Part shown: one piece after another, positions 13,901 through 26,082 of the stretch
Numbering within the stretch: position 1 is the stretch's first letter
How the letters are laid out: every line of letters begins with the position of its first letter
Source of the DNA: Pavona decussata
Lineage: Eukaryota
Length of the DNA stretch: 64,000 bases
Reading direction: 5' to 3'
NCBI GenBank assembly: GCA_977016875.1
Contig: CDRNST010000218.1
Coordinates: 1,674,001 to 1,738,000, forward strand
Notes under the pieces: generated by a model
The model's database searches: none
Seen by the model: the letters and a program-made list of their open reading frames with translations, nothing else
Told to the model about the DNA's origin: nothing
Made by a program: the position numbers and the translations under genes

Positions 13901-14921
13901 TAGAGACATAATCATGGAAAAAGAAGAATGGTTTAACCTGACACGTCTCGAGACGGGCCTGTGAACCTTGTGGGAGACTCCCCTCGATATCTTTCCCAGT
14001 CCGTCTCGTCCGTTTGCTTCTCGTTTGTCCATCCACACAAATCTTTATCAAAGGAACAGTTTCCTGCAATAGAGTAAATATAATACGCTAATTGAAACAT
14101 TTTGACACTATTTTATCTCCTACCACAGTTATCGATTGAATACAAATAAAACTTCGTAGCCTTTACGATATTCTTATGTTAAAAATCTTTTCAATCAGTT
14201 TTCAATCTTGTGAGGTTTCTGTTCGAAATTTATCCGTTACACCAAGTATATTCGATAGACTGACTTTCGCCGACTTAATCTAAATTATTCTGCATGCAAA
14301 CTATAGGCCATTTCCGAGTTACTTTGAACCTCATTATGAAAGCGAGGCCATGTGCAAAGTTTTTATTATAAAAATTGGTTTTCATTCATATGCAAACAAA
14401 ACTCATTTTCATATGAAAAGTTTTGCACTTAGCCTCGCTTCCATAATGAGGTTAAAGCAACTCGGAAATGGCCTATTTAATTTATTTAAAATTGACGAAA
14501 GAAGCCTTTTTTTCATACGTGAATAACTTTTATTCCACTCTTTCATTGTCTTAGTCAATGATAATTTGCTGGATCTTAATTTATGGTCTTACTCCCCGGA
14601 CTTACAAATTCATCTAAAAATGAGGGATGAACCTCATCAAACTTTCGGTACATTTTCCAGCTGTATAAAGTTTGAAAATTGAAAAAGTTGACCTTTGAGA
14701 TGTCGCCCAATTTAAAATTCACTGCGCTGGTTGAAACTCCAAATTAAAGTTTATACTTGGAGTGTCGCTGCTTTTGGTGGAGGAGTAGTAAGCTCATTCG
14801 CGTGCTTAAGATTCCTTCATGCAGACTGGTTGAACAGCTTACCTTGATTTGCATCCGCTGCCAATGCTACATTTAGCCACGAACACCAGAATATCAAAAT
14901 AGCGAATTCGATGAACTTCAT
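345..14921 (-). CDS. Multi-exon secreted/cell-surface mosaic protein (SP-MAM-X-CTL-F-type lectin-like-PA14-Cys-rich-MAM-LDLa x3...), 3' end outside window
   Basis: 19 exons with AG acceptors and GT (one GC) donors join in a single open frame, 3385 nt in total; recognisable domain motifs in most exons. Confidence 0.9.
1097..1318 (-). CDS. Exon 18: two LDL-receptor class A repeats
   Basis: [35 protein letters not shown] and [35 protein letters not shown]. Confidence 0.93.
1385..1805 (+). repeat. (TGGTA)n degenerate pentanucleotide microsatellite, intronic
   Basis: Direct tandem atggt/atggc units. Confidence 0.95.
1943..2051 (-). CDS. Exon 17: MAM domain 2 end
   Basis: IIFEGLGAVNGTPTILLDNITITTETCTLAPSHASP. 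Confidence 0.88.
2809..3059 (-). CDS. Exon 16: MAM domain 2 core
   Basis: SRLESPF...GLCLRFKFQL...LIWKLRGFQGNKWNKAKV. Confidence 0.9.
3167..3238 (-). CDS. Exon 15: MAM domain 2 start (divergent)
   Basis: VASVTQVTFSKDYEDWEVKGWKIS; phase 1-1. Confidence 0.8.
3454..3526 (-). CDS. Exon 14
   Basis: IHYSFTNDVTAKKGRRKVVDVNIK; phase 0-1. Confidence 0.75.
3681..3856 (-). CDS. Exon 13: Cys-rich unassigned domain
   Basis: SYKYCCEGIYCPDCPVALEF...LTCSENIFQVDIEV. Confidence 0.8.
3959..4045 (-). CDS. Exon 12 (followed by GC-AG intron)
   Basis: GIRSLSFTLLRPNDSIIQQVDLGSVIRIT; only the G|gcaagt donor keeps the frame. Confidence 0.72.
4639..4814 (-). CDS. Exon 11: PA14 domain C-part
   Basis: LSLSKCKLYVLTVYMKDELRFKCLSVGMSRP...EPIQGSHLF; phase 2-1. 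Confidence 0.85.
4853..5078. mobile_element. Palindromic MITE-like element
   Basis: gtataaagacgggc...tctggacgaactgt is inverted as acagttcgtccaga...gcccgtctttatac. Confidence 0.6.
5080..7870 (+). mobile_element. Decayed Gypsy/Ty3 LTR retrotransposon pol in intron 10
   Basis: Frameshifted RT (LPRVDDSFDVLSG; VMSSGLCNAPSAF; HLDNI), WTPSCQLAF, integrase (SDQGSN; VERFN), polypurine tract gaagggggg followed by TG near 7845-7856. Confidence 0.8.
5740..5855 (-). mobile_element. Short PLE-derived repeat with degenerate minimal hammerhead motif
   Basis: Minus strand: CTGAAGA T GAC...GTG GAGAC GTC agtca; core GAAAC is mutated. Confidence 0.6.
8832..9007 (-). CDS. Exon 10: PA14 domain middle
   Basis: VPMSASYEFSLSCGDECELWF; phase 0-2. 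Confidence 0.87.
9433..9623 (-). CDS. Exon 9: PA14 domain N-part
   Basis: GARRELWY...DQPPD...DNYGERMTSYLQ. Confidence 0.85.
10062..10344 (-). CDS. Exon 8: F-type lectin/galactose-binding-like domain
   Basis: NPRWIITL...VNCCDEH...FQCTPPRTGSYVIV, resembling NPWWRVDL...DCC...C.PP..GRYV; donor gtgcgt. Confidence 0.8.
10429..10532 (-). CDS. Exon 7: start of F-type lectin/galactose-binding-like domain
   Basis: VNMIKDKSWTQGQIEGQETFSLSDILPYTSFFRDI; needed to bridge phase 1 to phase 0. Confidence 0.75.
10683..11096 (-). CDS. Exon 6: C-type lectin domain
   Basis: CYPGWIPVGQSCLRFF...TWDGARASCRQQGGDLA...FFVGFH...WLWNDG...GFICE. Confidence 0.93.
11590..11967 (-). CDS. Exon 5: unassigned ~126 aa domain (possibly divergent cadherin/Ig-like)
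   Basis: 378-nt open exon, cgcag acceptor and gtaag donor, phase 1-1; domain identity uncertain. Confidence 0.75.
12078..12165 (-). CDS. Exon 4: MAM domain 1 C-end
   Basis: IIIDGIRGSSYFGDAALDEVSFIKGSC; phase 0-1. Confidence 0.9.
12290..12425. other. Assembly gap (136 N), probably within a (CTTA)n tract of a LINE tail
   Basis: Ns flanked by aataaagttcactta and cttgcttacttactta. Confidence 0.9.
13035..13291 (-). CDS. Exon 3: MAM domain 1 core
   Basis: GNGYYIYIESS...ARLWSP...CMTFHYNFYG...GHWGDRWIKAQI. Confidence 0.92.
13938..14063 (-). CDS. Exon 2: MAM domain 1, N-part
   Basis: NCSFDKDLCGWTNEKQTDETDWERYRGESPTRFTGPSRDVS; phase 1-1. Confidence 0.9.
14303..14476. mobile_element. Palindromic MITE
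   Basis: TIR ataggccatttccgagtt / aactcggaaatggcctat plus internal inverted arms. Confidence 0.85.
14843..14921 (-). CDS. Coding exon 1: signal peptide
   Basis: MKFIEFAILIFWCSWLNVALAADANQ then G|gtaag; an acceptor (ttgcag) 15 nt upstream of the ATG implies a non-coding exon further upstream. Confidence 0.85.
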
Positions 14922-17900
14922 TTCTTTCTTCTGGCCCTGCAAGTAAAATCACGTGCAAATAACTACATTGTAATGTAAGGGCAGTCCGTACCCTTAATAA
15001 CTCAGTGCTGACACAAAGTATTATTTGAATTTCAACAAAAATTGATCTCTCCTAATAAGCAGCGAATCCGCGCACAGCGGAACTTGCCTGATTTTTTAGC
15101 CACAAACTTTAATTGAATTTGCTAAGCTTCAAACAAGCCTTCGACATCTTCGTTGTCGTGATTTTTTTGTGGATTGCTTCAACAAATTTCAGCGCCAGTT
15201 TTGCAAGAACTGAGCATAACTTTAAATGAATCTTTTAAACATTATCTGCTATTTTTCTTTCTTCGGTCTTTTTTAATATATCAATTACCTTAATCCAATG
15301 TCTTTTATTTTGGTACTGGTTTAATTTCGTTATTTTGACTCACAATTAAAGCACACGAAAATTAAACATCAGGAAATTTATCTGTAGAGAGTAATTGTGA
15401 AGGAGGCTGGTCGCTTAAACGCCATGATGCAAAGTGTGTGGTAGCAATCTATCTCCGGCACACTTAGCCCATGACGATTTTGCCCCTCTACATATGTTTT
15501 TAGAGATAAAACTATATATTCTTTGGTACTGGCGTTTTTTGCTTTATCAGTTTTTCTAAATAATGGATCAACTATAGCATGAATTTTAGCTGATACGTTT
15601 GCACGATATTTTGTGAATCCTTATACACGCAAATTAAACAAGTGTTATTGTACTTGGTAATACTTGACAATACACTTGCTTTAGGTGTTGTTGGAACAAC
15701 TCTACTTTCACACAGTTAAACCAGACCGAACGCACTGTGTTAGGCTTGTATCCACTAACATATGTATTTGTGAAGTATTAAATGCATCGAAAAAGAATTA
15801 ACATGCCGTGAACGGCTAAATGTAATTTATAATTTGCAATTTGCAACATCTTGTAATCCAAACATTACTCGTACTTTTTTTCTTCTTTTCAATTCATGAG
15901 GAAAGGAGTGCATGGTTTGTTCTTCAATTTCCTTACAGTTAACTTTAAAACTAGAATTCATCAATTTATTTTTTGATGATGAGAGACTAGGCAATAACTG
16001 CTCATGAATCAGGAGTTTATTTCTTTAAATTTGTAAGCTGCACAACTGTGGAGTCAGTAAACTGAATAAAATAACACAATTAAAAATGTTTTACCAGCGT
16101 GTCAATCATTTACGGGGAAGAAGTTTACCCTTTTTTATTTTTGCTTCCTGTACCTATTCTTCCTTTTTCAAATGCTTTTTATAATGGAAAGAATTTAGTT
16201 TTAAATCGCAAATAAAGAAGACAAAATAACAGGCAAATAGCGAAAGTGCAGCCAGCGCCAGCTTTTATCACTGATAGACACCACAGCTTGGTAAAACATT
16301 CATGTGTTCAAAAAGATAAAGCCAAAATAAATAAAATAAAACAGCCTCTAACACAGGCTCTTTTTAAAAGAATAGATAACAACAAAGTGACATATACCCA
16401 CAAACTTGCAAGGAGAGTCGGTGAACGTAATGGAGCTGAAACTTTTGAAAGCTTCAGAAACGCGAAACGATGGCGAGCCAAATCGTCGTTATTGTAGTTA
16501 CATGGTCATGACCACAAACACAGATTGTTGCAAAGCAAATAGTGCTATGCTTGAATGTAAATAAAGAAATTAAACTCAATGTACCATCTGCCTATACAGT
16601 CAAAAGTATCTCACAAGATCACTACAAAGCCGCAAACCTGGGTAAGATGCAATCAACATCACATCCTTTTTGTGTAAACAAAAGGTTGTTTTAATTTGAG
16701 TAACGAACATGTATCAGATGTATACGGAGAAGATATCTTGTGAAGAAGTTACGATAAGAGCACAACAACCAAATTAGCTCACGGCTTTAAATAAAAAATA
16801 CAGGCAGGCAACTGATGCTTCAAAATTTACCGTACGCTCTCATTCCAATTCTAATTGCCAAAATATGTAACGACAGGATTGTGTGGTGGAAAGGGGTTCC
16901 TGAAAGAATAGAGCACGTCACTACTCGAATTACGTTTATCAAAAAAAGAGGAAAATAGCATAATAACGCTTTCCAAAAGTGTAAAAAGAGAAAAAAAAAA
17001 AAAATCATACCTATAGTAGGACTTCTTTCCATGAAGAGTCCTCTGTTTCAAAACAACTCGATGAAAAAACCGAAAAACAGGGATGTTCTTGTTTTTCAGT
17101 TGACAAAAAGAACACACTCTAAAGGGAAAACAAATCTGTAACTACCTGCAGTAATTTCCATGACATCAAAGCTTAAATTTGAAGCCTATCTTGAGTAATT
17201 AAACCCGTAACATTTTCACCAAGATAGTACGAACTCCTCGTGTAGTGTTCGTGAAAAAGGATCAAGGATCTTGAGCGGTTATTACCAATGAAATTAATGT
17301 CTTATGTTTGCTGTCACTGGGTCAATAAAGCGGTATCATGAATTATTCTTCGTCTTCCTAAACCCATGTTCAGTTCAGTCCTACGAAGCCTTTGCACGGC
17401 GGGTTAATCGTGATCCACATAATGTTTAAACTGAATTATCAAATGTAAGCAGAGCGAGGTAAAATATCAAAATATTGTTGGAGAGATTTGAGAATATCCA
17501 TCTTCTACATGACCAGAGAGATTTGAAATGTCATGGGATCTTGATTGATTGATCCTGGTTTGATGGTTTCATAGGCGTTTTGACAGATACGTACTATTTT
17601 ACCGTCAGTTTTGCTAATTGAAGTTTTTACTGTTATGCAAATATCAGAGGGAGCCTTTAACTGAGCGGCCTTCTGACTGAGGAAGTCTCTTTCGGCGTTT
17701 TTCAAACCTAAATTTCTTGCAATGAACTGATCTTCAAAGAACACTCCTTGCTGAAGCAATGTGATCATATTTCAAGCCCTGTAAATTGAGCGTGCCTGAC
17801 AACTGAACAAATATTTATATTATATAGACTCTGGGGGCTTGTTCGATGAAAAAAATATATTTATCCCTTTTTACGTTTTTATTTTATCGCTTAACAGTAG

Positions 17901-19613
17901 CCAGTGTTTTCAGTAGTGTGAACCCAACATACATGGAAGGAAAGCTAAATGCTTTGACATTCATTTTGATTTCATTCCAGTTTTTTTTTTGCAAGAAAAC
18001 ATAACTTTCCTGACGTGGTTTGTGAGTAAAAATAAATTTCCGCATCAAGCCACGGTGTCCCAGTTGGTGGTAAAGTGAATCACCATGGTCAGTTTGATAA
18101 ATATATCAGAGGATGAATTAATTTCGAGGAGGAACTTTACCTAAAAATGGGTCATCTGCATCACATTTTGGTTAGGTTAGTCTTAGAAAAAACGTTCAGT
18201 ATCAGGTTTGTATAAAAGCCTCGATAATTGTAAAGATTTATCCTGTTTCTACTGATCTGTCGATAATTAACGAATCAGGCAACTGAAATTATCAATTTGG
18301 ATGTAAACGTTAAGCTTTCTTGAAGCCTACGAACAACTGTTACATTTCAAAGGTTATTTGCCGTGTTTCATACCTGAAATACTGTCACTGAGTTTTTTGC
18401 TCAGTGTTGCTGTTGTTGAAAAGGAGACAAACGTTCATAAAATTGAATAGCCGGGCTAACCGGTTGTCAAGAGTCCCTTGAACTATCGCTCCATGCAAAG
18501 TTTGTTAACTAAACTCATTAACCAGAGAAGGTTTGGCATGGCAACCTAATTAGTGCAACCGGTAACTCCAGCTGCCATCTCGCAACTCTTGAAGTTTTTA
18601 ACGTTTGGCTTTCTAATTAGTGAAGCCGTAAAAAAAGCTATTTTCGTTTATTGGCTATGCTTTTTTGATAAGTTGTCGATTCACCTGCAGTACAATTTCT
18701 TTTTGGTGGAATAAACAATTATATCCAACTTGCAAGCCTGTGGTGATTGATGATTACTATCCATGCACTTACAGGGAAAAAATTACCCAATTTACGCCCA
18801 ATGAATTGCTCCCGATTTTCTGTTGCGGGTACAAAATTATCAACAAATGGAAAAAAATATTGTTGGCAATTGTTACATTAATCAACACCAATTAGTACCA
18901 AAAATTCATTACATTACCAACGATATCTTTAAAGGCGTCTTGAACTGAATAAGTGATGACTCAGGACGTTTTAATGACACTTTTGTGAGAACAAACAACT
19001 TTTAGTAATCGTTCATAAAGAAACTTAAATCGAACTTCAAAACCCGGTATTCTTCGTGAAGTATCCCTACGTTTCATGATATTTCCTTCGCTTAAGATGC
19101 TAACTTTTTTCAAATAGTTGTTGGCAGGTGAAAAAATGTCAACTCACTAAGCTAGCTAGGGAAACATTACCGCAATGATGAAGATCGATGTATAGATAAA
19201 TCAAAGTAACTACCATCCACAAAGTGTTGATGGTTAGCCTTCTATCCAATCAGCTTACAATCGACACGTCACGCGTTCTAACTTGATGTCACTTGTTTAG
19301 GGTCTTAATGTTCGCGATTTTGGCAACGAAAATAACTAGACCGGAGAAACGTATGTCGCGGATTATTTTTGTTCGTTGTGTGACATTTAGCTTAGCGTTA
19401 CATATTTTGAACATTTTTCTTATAGCACCTGGACAGATCACGCGGTTGACACACGTGATCACGTGAACATTGAACATGCTGTATTTTTTGATGAAGGAGA
19501 ATTTTCTGTTTTGTACGGAGTGTGGTTGTAGAGTTAGGTTTTGAAACCCGTTCGCTTGCTGGAAATCTGTATTTTTATGCAACATTAAAGACGATCAATA
19601 AATTAATGACGAG

Positions 19614-19631
19614 TGGTCCTCAGAGCCGGAT
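19614..19631 (+). promoter_or_regulatory. Primer-binding site (tRNA-Tyr-like) of the BEL element
   Basis: tggtcctcagagccggat, close to the TGGTCCTTCGAGCCGG PBS typical of BEL/Pao. Confidence 0.7.
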
Positions 19632-20927
19632 GTGATCGACATGCCGGGAAAATTGGCCATGAATAAGAAGATTCGAGAAACGCACAGAAAACATACGAAG
19701 AAAGTGCTTGTAGCCGTAAACGAAGCTCTGTGTGAATTTGATGGTTCAGCTGTCGCAAAGGATAAGGTTACACGGATTATTACTATGCTCAACAATAAAT
19801 TAGCGACCTTAAAAGCACAGGATGAGTCAATTCTGGCGGCAGTAGAGGAGCCGAACATTGTAATTGAAGTAGAAGAATCGGAGAAATTTCGCGCCCAAAT
19901 CCATGCCGCGCTGGTAAAACTACAAAGATGCCAAACTAGCGAAAACGAATCTAATGAACTGCTCCAGAGTGCTCCAGGTGTTTCAACTCCACCTGTTAAT
20001 GCGAAATTGCCGAAATTGGACATTAAGAAGTTTATTGGCGATCCGAAAGAATGGCAGTCCTTTTGGGACGTGTTTAGTTCAGCCTCACACCCAAACAAGG
20101 CGCTCAAGAATGTCGACAAATTTAACTACCTGAGGAGCTTGCTTGAAGGCACAGCTTTATCGGCTATAACTGGACTGGCATTGACAGAGTCTAATTACGC
20201 GAATGCTGTTGATATCCTGAAGCAGAAGTTTGGAAACAAACAGTTTATAATCAGTTCCCACATGGAAGCTCCTTTGAGGTGGAAACCGGTGACGGCGTTG
20301 GCAGACATCAAGGGCTTGCGCGTTGTGCTCGATAAGGTGGAAATCCAAGTGAGGGGTTTACAGGCCCTTGGAATCGAATCGGATCAATATGGTGCCTTAC
20401 GGATACCGATTTTTATGGAAAAATTACCGGAAGAGTTACGTTTGATAGTAAGTCGGGGAAACAAGGATGACTGGAAGCTCGACTCTGTACTTCGCTCCGT
20501 AAAATTCGAAGTGGATGCTCGTGAGCGCTGTAACATTCGCCCGTCTGCTGAAAAATCGCCCGTTAAGAAGCCGTACACAACTGGGAGTGCACTACTGAGT
20601 GGAAATCGAGCGGAGTTTAACTGTTTGTTTTGCAAAGGAAACCACCGAGCAGCCGAGTGTCGTGTTGTGACAAATATTGATCAGAGGAGGGATATTCTAA
20701 GGAAACAAGGGAGATGTTTTATTTGTTTGCGCCGCGGAGGACACTTGGCCCGAAATTGTGACTCAAAAATTCAGTGTTTTACATGTAAAAGCCGTCATCA
20801 CGTGGCTGTTTGTGATAGTGGGAATTCTTGTGGTAGTGCCAATTCTGCAATGGTGGGTGCATGTAATTTGCCTGAAATGTCCACACCCGTAATGCATGTC
20901 AGTTCAGGAATGCATGTGTTTCTTTAA
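19632..20927 (+). pseudogene. BEL/Pao gag (DUF1759-like and zinc knuckles)
   Basis: KLPKLDIKKFIGDPKEWQSFWD; CLFCKGNH, CFICLRRGGHLARNC, CFTCKSRHHVAVC. Confidence 0.88.
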
Positions 20928-20983
20928 ACTGTTTAAGTTGTTGTATCAAGACCAGGAATGGCATCCAGCCAAAGTTTAAAGGT

Positions 20984-23817
20984 TTGTGCTATTTTGACAC
21001 TGGGGCTCAGAGATCGTATGTTTCCCAAAGAGTTGTGAATGCACTGAAACTGGAGACTGTCAAGACAGAGACACTACGGATTACAACATTTGGTAGCCGG
21101 GACCAACAGTTGCAAGCAGTTAATCTCGGTGAACTAACTCTAACTAAGCCAGAGACAGGCTTTGCAATGACTTTGAATGCCTTCTCAGTTCCTCATATTT
21201 GTAGTGATTTGCAAGGCCAAGACCTTCACTGGGTAAAGGAGAACTATCAACGCCTTAAGGACATTGATTTTGCTGACACGTGCACTGATTGTGGTCCTAT
21301 GCAGATTGATTTATTGATTGGTTCAGACTACATCTGGAATTTCCTTGATGGCAAGACGATACGGGGGGAGAAGTCGGGTCATGGTGGTCCCGCTGCTGTC
21401 TCAACGAAAGTGGGATGGGTGTTGTCCGTCCCGGTTGAAAACCTTCCCCAGGAGAAGCTGTCCGGTATGCAGTTTTTGTCGACTCATGACTTGAGAGTAG
21501 ATTCGCGAGAAACCGAAGAAACCCTGCAGAAGGATCTGCAGCAACTATGGGACTTGGATTCTTTTGGTATTCGAGATCAAGATACAGTCCATGAAGCTTT
21601 CGAGAAGAATTTAACTTTTAAAGACGGCAGGTATTCCTTGCACTTGCCCTGGAAGGAGCACCATGAGTTGCTTCCCGATAACTTTGAGAACTGTGTAGCG
21701 CGATTGAGCTCACAATTGAAACGCCTAAGGAGAGAACCAGAGATCTTGAGAGAGTATAATTCCATTATTCAGGATCAGTTGCGGTGTGGGATAATTGACC
21801 GTATGAAAGGCCCAGATGTTGGAAACGTATATTACTTACCTCACCATGTAGTGGTGCGCAAGGACGCCCTAACAATCAAGTTGTGTGTTGTTTTTGATGC
21901 TTTGTCCAATGCAACCAAGGACAGCCCTAGTCTGAATGATTGCCTTTATTCAGGGCCGGTCTTAATCCCTACGATTTTCAAGATTCTCCTGCGGTTCAGA
22001 GAAAGGAAAATTGCCCTAGTGGGCGACATCGAAAAGGCATTTCTGAAGATTGGAATTAGAGAGGAGGATCGTGATGCCCGACGCTTAATTTGGGTTGATA
22101 GTGTGATGGAGAATGATCCAGGACTGGTGCTGTACAGATTTTGTCGTGTCGTGTTTGGTGTCAATGCCAGCCCATTTTTGTTGAATGCTTCTTTGAAACA
22201 CCACATCAGTCAGTACCAAGCAAATCCACAGTTTGTTGTGAACTTGATGAACTCATTTTTTGTGAATGACTTAGTGTCAGGTGAAAGGAGTGTCGAGAGA
22301 GGGTTGTTCCTTCACCGGAAGCCAAAGAAGTGCTTGTCAGAATGAGGTTTTAACCTAAGGAAGTGGGTTTCAAATTCACCCACGCTCCTGGAACTAATAT
22401 CTGAAGAGCAAGCTAGAGTTGGGGAAAGTAACCCTGAATCTAAGATGGTAGTGGAGGACACTGAGTCTTATGCAAAAACCACCACAGGAAACCTGGAAAG
22501 GCTTGAGATGAAGAATCGACATAAGGTGCTGGGTCTAAATTGGGACTGTGTTTCAGACAAATTCACCTTCAAATTTGAAGCGTTGAGGCTTGCAGAAGGT
22601 CTGGAACCAACCAAAAGAAATTTTTTGAAGGTCACATCAAGTCTCTTTGATCCCCTTGGAATTCTCAGTTCTGTTCTAGTACATATGAAGGTGCTGTTTT
22701 AAACTCTTTGTGAGGAGAATGTCTACTGGGATGTACCACTCCTGAAAGAGGCACGAAAACAGTGGAACAAGTAGCTTAGGGATCTGCAAGAGGTGCAGGA
22801 AATCCTAGTTCCTCGATGCGTGTATGAAGGTGTGGAAGAGGTGGTAACGTCTTACTCTCTTCATGCTGTTACATTACTCTCTTCATGCTGTACTTGGTTC
22901 TAGAGGCGAGCAGTGGCTACTTTCCAGTTTTGTTGCCATCAAAACCCAGAGTTGCTCTATTTTCAAGGGATTCTATTTCTAGGATAGAATTACTATCAGG
23001 AGTAATTCTCGCAAGACTAGCGTCTTCAGTAAGGGAAGCACTGCAATCTCAGACCAAAATTGACAAGACCTACTTATAGTTAGACAGCAAGACTGCAATT
23101 TGCTGGATCAAGGGGTCCAAGGAGTGGAAGCAGTTCGTCCAGAATCGCGTGAATGAAATTTTGTCCCTTTCAGAGAAATCAATGTGGAATCATTGCCCGG
23201 GGATCGAAAACCCTGCAGATATTGGATCGCGAGGACAGTTTGCTTCGAATTTGAAGAGCAATCGATTATGGTGGAAGGGACCCACATGGCTATCGGAGCC
23301 AGCGTCCAGTTGGCCAAGGTCTGAAGATGAACCCCAACCTGTGACTGAAGAATGCCGTGCAGAGTTGAAGAAACGAGCAGCAGGGAAGGGTTCCGATGTA
23401 TCACTACTCCTCACCACGGACAGCAGACCTGATCTTGAAGCCTGTATTCCAGTTAAAAACTTTAGCTGTTGCGACACATTATTCCGTGTTACAGCCTTGG
23501 TGCTACGTTTTGTCAGAAATTTAAAGATCAAGGCCAAAATATTATAAGAAGGAACTGTCTTTTGCAGGGAGAAATCACAGAAGCTGAAGTTGCGAATGCC
23601 GAAACACAATGGTTGAGAAGTGTCCAGAAAAACTTGAAGTCCCAAGCAAATTACAATCAATTGAAACACAGGTTTGGTCTTTACGAAGATGACAGTGGAG
23701 CGATGAGATGTAAGAGACGAATCGCCAATGCTGATCTACCACACGAAACTAGATTTCCAGCCCTGCTACCTCGAGACCACTATATTGTGACATTAATAGC
23801 GAGACAAGCCCACAAGA
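20984..23817 (+). pseudogene. BEL/Pao pol (protease-RT-RNase H), interrupted
   Basis: ORF pieces 20984-22345, 22445-22702, 22885-23079, 23149-23547. Confidence 0.88.
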
Positions 23818-24590
23818 CAAGCCTCCGTCGCATCTGTTCCACAGACATTAAATTTAAACTTCGTACTAACGAATTAAAAACATATCTTCTCGCTCGAGGT
23901 TACCATAACACTTTCCTTGATGAACAATTCCCACTGGCTGCTAACATTCCTCATATTAACGCGTTATAAACTAAACTTAAACATTCCACTGACCTTTTAC
24001 CCCTTGTGGTTACATATAACCAAGAACTTCCTAACATCTCTAATATCTTACGCAAACATTTTAACGTATTACTCTCCTCTAAACGCTACAAGGACGTTCT
24101 CAGGCAAACACCCTTCGGTGTTTACAGACGTAGCCCTAATCTTCGAGACCTTCTAGTTAGAGCGCAATTGCCCATCACCAATAATTTTTTACCGTGCTCA
24201 ATGCGCTGTGGACAAAATTGTGCCACTTGCCCTTGCATTACTAACGGCCTCACACATTATACTTTTTATTCCACAGGCGAAACTGGTTTTATCACTTTAC
24301 AGATAACTTGTGACATTTAAAACGAAATCTACATGTTACACATATAACACATAGGTGAAACCGAACGACGTGTCAAATACAGATTCAATTACGAACACAG
24401 ACGTTCAGTTGACAAACCTAAAATTATATCTAAACCCGCGTTCGTTTCTGAACATTTTCTTCCTCATACTAACCAGTCTAACACCGAAATGCAACTTATT
24501 CCACTAGAAATAATCCACTCTTTGCGTGATTCATTTTTTTCTGTTATATGTCTAGTTATTAACGTGAAGAAACATTGAATGTTTAAAAAA
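23818..24590 (+). mobile_element. Penelope-like element 3' fragment (RT thumb, Cys linker, GIY-YIG)
   Basis: LRRICS...LLARGY; VTYNQELP; YRRSPNLRDLLVRA; CGQNCATC; IGETERR; VSEHF. Confidence 0.85.
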
Positions 24591-24691
24591 AAAAACAATT
24601 GGCCTTAACCGTTCGTGACTGTTTGCAGAATGTTTTACATACAAGTCTGAAACGTCAACAAAATTTTATTTATTTAATGGCCAAGAGGTGA

Positions 24692-25900
24692 TTAAAGGCT
24701 AGAAGAAATTTGCATGTTATTTTGCAGACTTTCACTCGCCCACTTTTTATCCCTTGTCGCATTATTTTTCTTTTTGAATTCGACTTTTTGTACGTTTTTC
24801 TTTTACTAGGGCGTTTCTCAAATGTACTGTTAACTGAAAATTATTTTTTGTGCGATACCCCGAACGGAAAGACAATTATTATTTTTAAGCTAAATGTTAA
24901 TACATTCATCATGATTTTGGATAACATATGCGCAAGTTTTAACCACAAATTCTTGCTTGATCAGTTAAAGAAAATAAAATGAGTACTAATTTGCCCAAAA
25001 GGTTTTCTGGTCTCTCAAAAAATGGGCTTCATGTACCCTATTCTCAGAAAGAGAGTTACTGACAAAATTTATGACGGCGTGTGATACACTTTCAATAAAA
25101 TTTAAGTTATTCTTTGAATGATACCAGAAGACTTATGCTACCCGGGCATGGAAAGTCTTTCCTCATTTTTTACTTGCTCGTGGGTAAAGGGTGAACACGC
25201 GTTTGTTGATGACTTTGAAAGGCTATGTATAATTTCTCACACTAACGAGTTTTCCTTGGTCGCGGCAGTAGTACTAGTCTGTTACAAGCGACAGAGCAAT
25301 TTTCTCTATCAAGCAACTTTGTCCATAAATCGGCGTGAAACGTGCACTCTATTTTTTGAACAAGACTTACTACAGAAAAATTCTCCAAACATCTTCATAG
25401 GCCACAACAACTCAATATTGTCTTTAACAGCCTTATGTTATTTCTGTCAGTGAAATTGGTATTTTGGATTTCTTATGGACGACAAAATTCTTTAGCGATG
25501 TTTTAAACACTTTGACAACAGAACATTCATCTGCTGGCAAATCACACCCACCTTCGGCAAATGATGACTTTGCAACGATCCAAATAAAGATGATTTTTAG
25601 CTTAGGACAACGCTCGGCCAGCAGTCGTGTAGTCGTATTTTGATAACTTGTGTGTACAGGTGTAGATGAGTCAGCAAGGGAATATAGTTTATTGGCCAAT
25701 TTGAAACGGAAGTTGTTTCTTATTGGTCGTAATGCCCATAACCTAGTGTGTAATAAAACACACCTGTACTTTTTAATCTATCGGACCATATCAGAAGTCC
25801 ATAAGAGTGGCTAATTATAGAAAGATCAAGCGTACTAGTTTTGGTCAGTGTAAGTAACTACGGAACATTAATTTCCTGTATTTTCTGTTGGCCACCAGAA
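24692..25900. mobile_element. Probable non-autonomous DNA transposon remnant
   Basis: Begins ttaaaggctagaag (TTAA-type start); decayed coding-like sequence on minus strand; right end not found. Confidence 0.35.
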
Positions 25901-26082
25901 TTGTTGTGCACGATGTTTGCACTCCTTTCTGAAAACGTGAAGCATCGGTTTACTGCTAAGTGCGCCAGCTATAACGGGAAGCTTTAGAAACTGCCACCGA
26001 ATACATTACTTTTATAAAAACGATTAATTTCGACGTTATAACTTCTAGACGTTGCAGCTCATCAGTAGGGACCTTACGGAAC

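Larger units (their letters stand above)
19309..23817 (+). mobile_element. BEL/Pao LTR retrotransposon, decayed and 3'-truncated
   Basis: Putative 5' LTR, PBS, gag with three Cys-His knuckles, protease FDTGAQ, RT (GDIEKAF, VFGVNASPF, FVNDL), RNase H region (SRIELL; NPADIGSRG); in-frame stops. Confidence 0.92.

Noticed and set aside
17150-17790. Coding-like minus-strand stretch (87-aa ORF)
   Set aside because: No recognisable motif and stops in all frames nearby; cannot support a call
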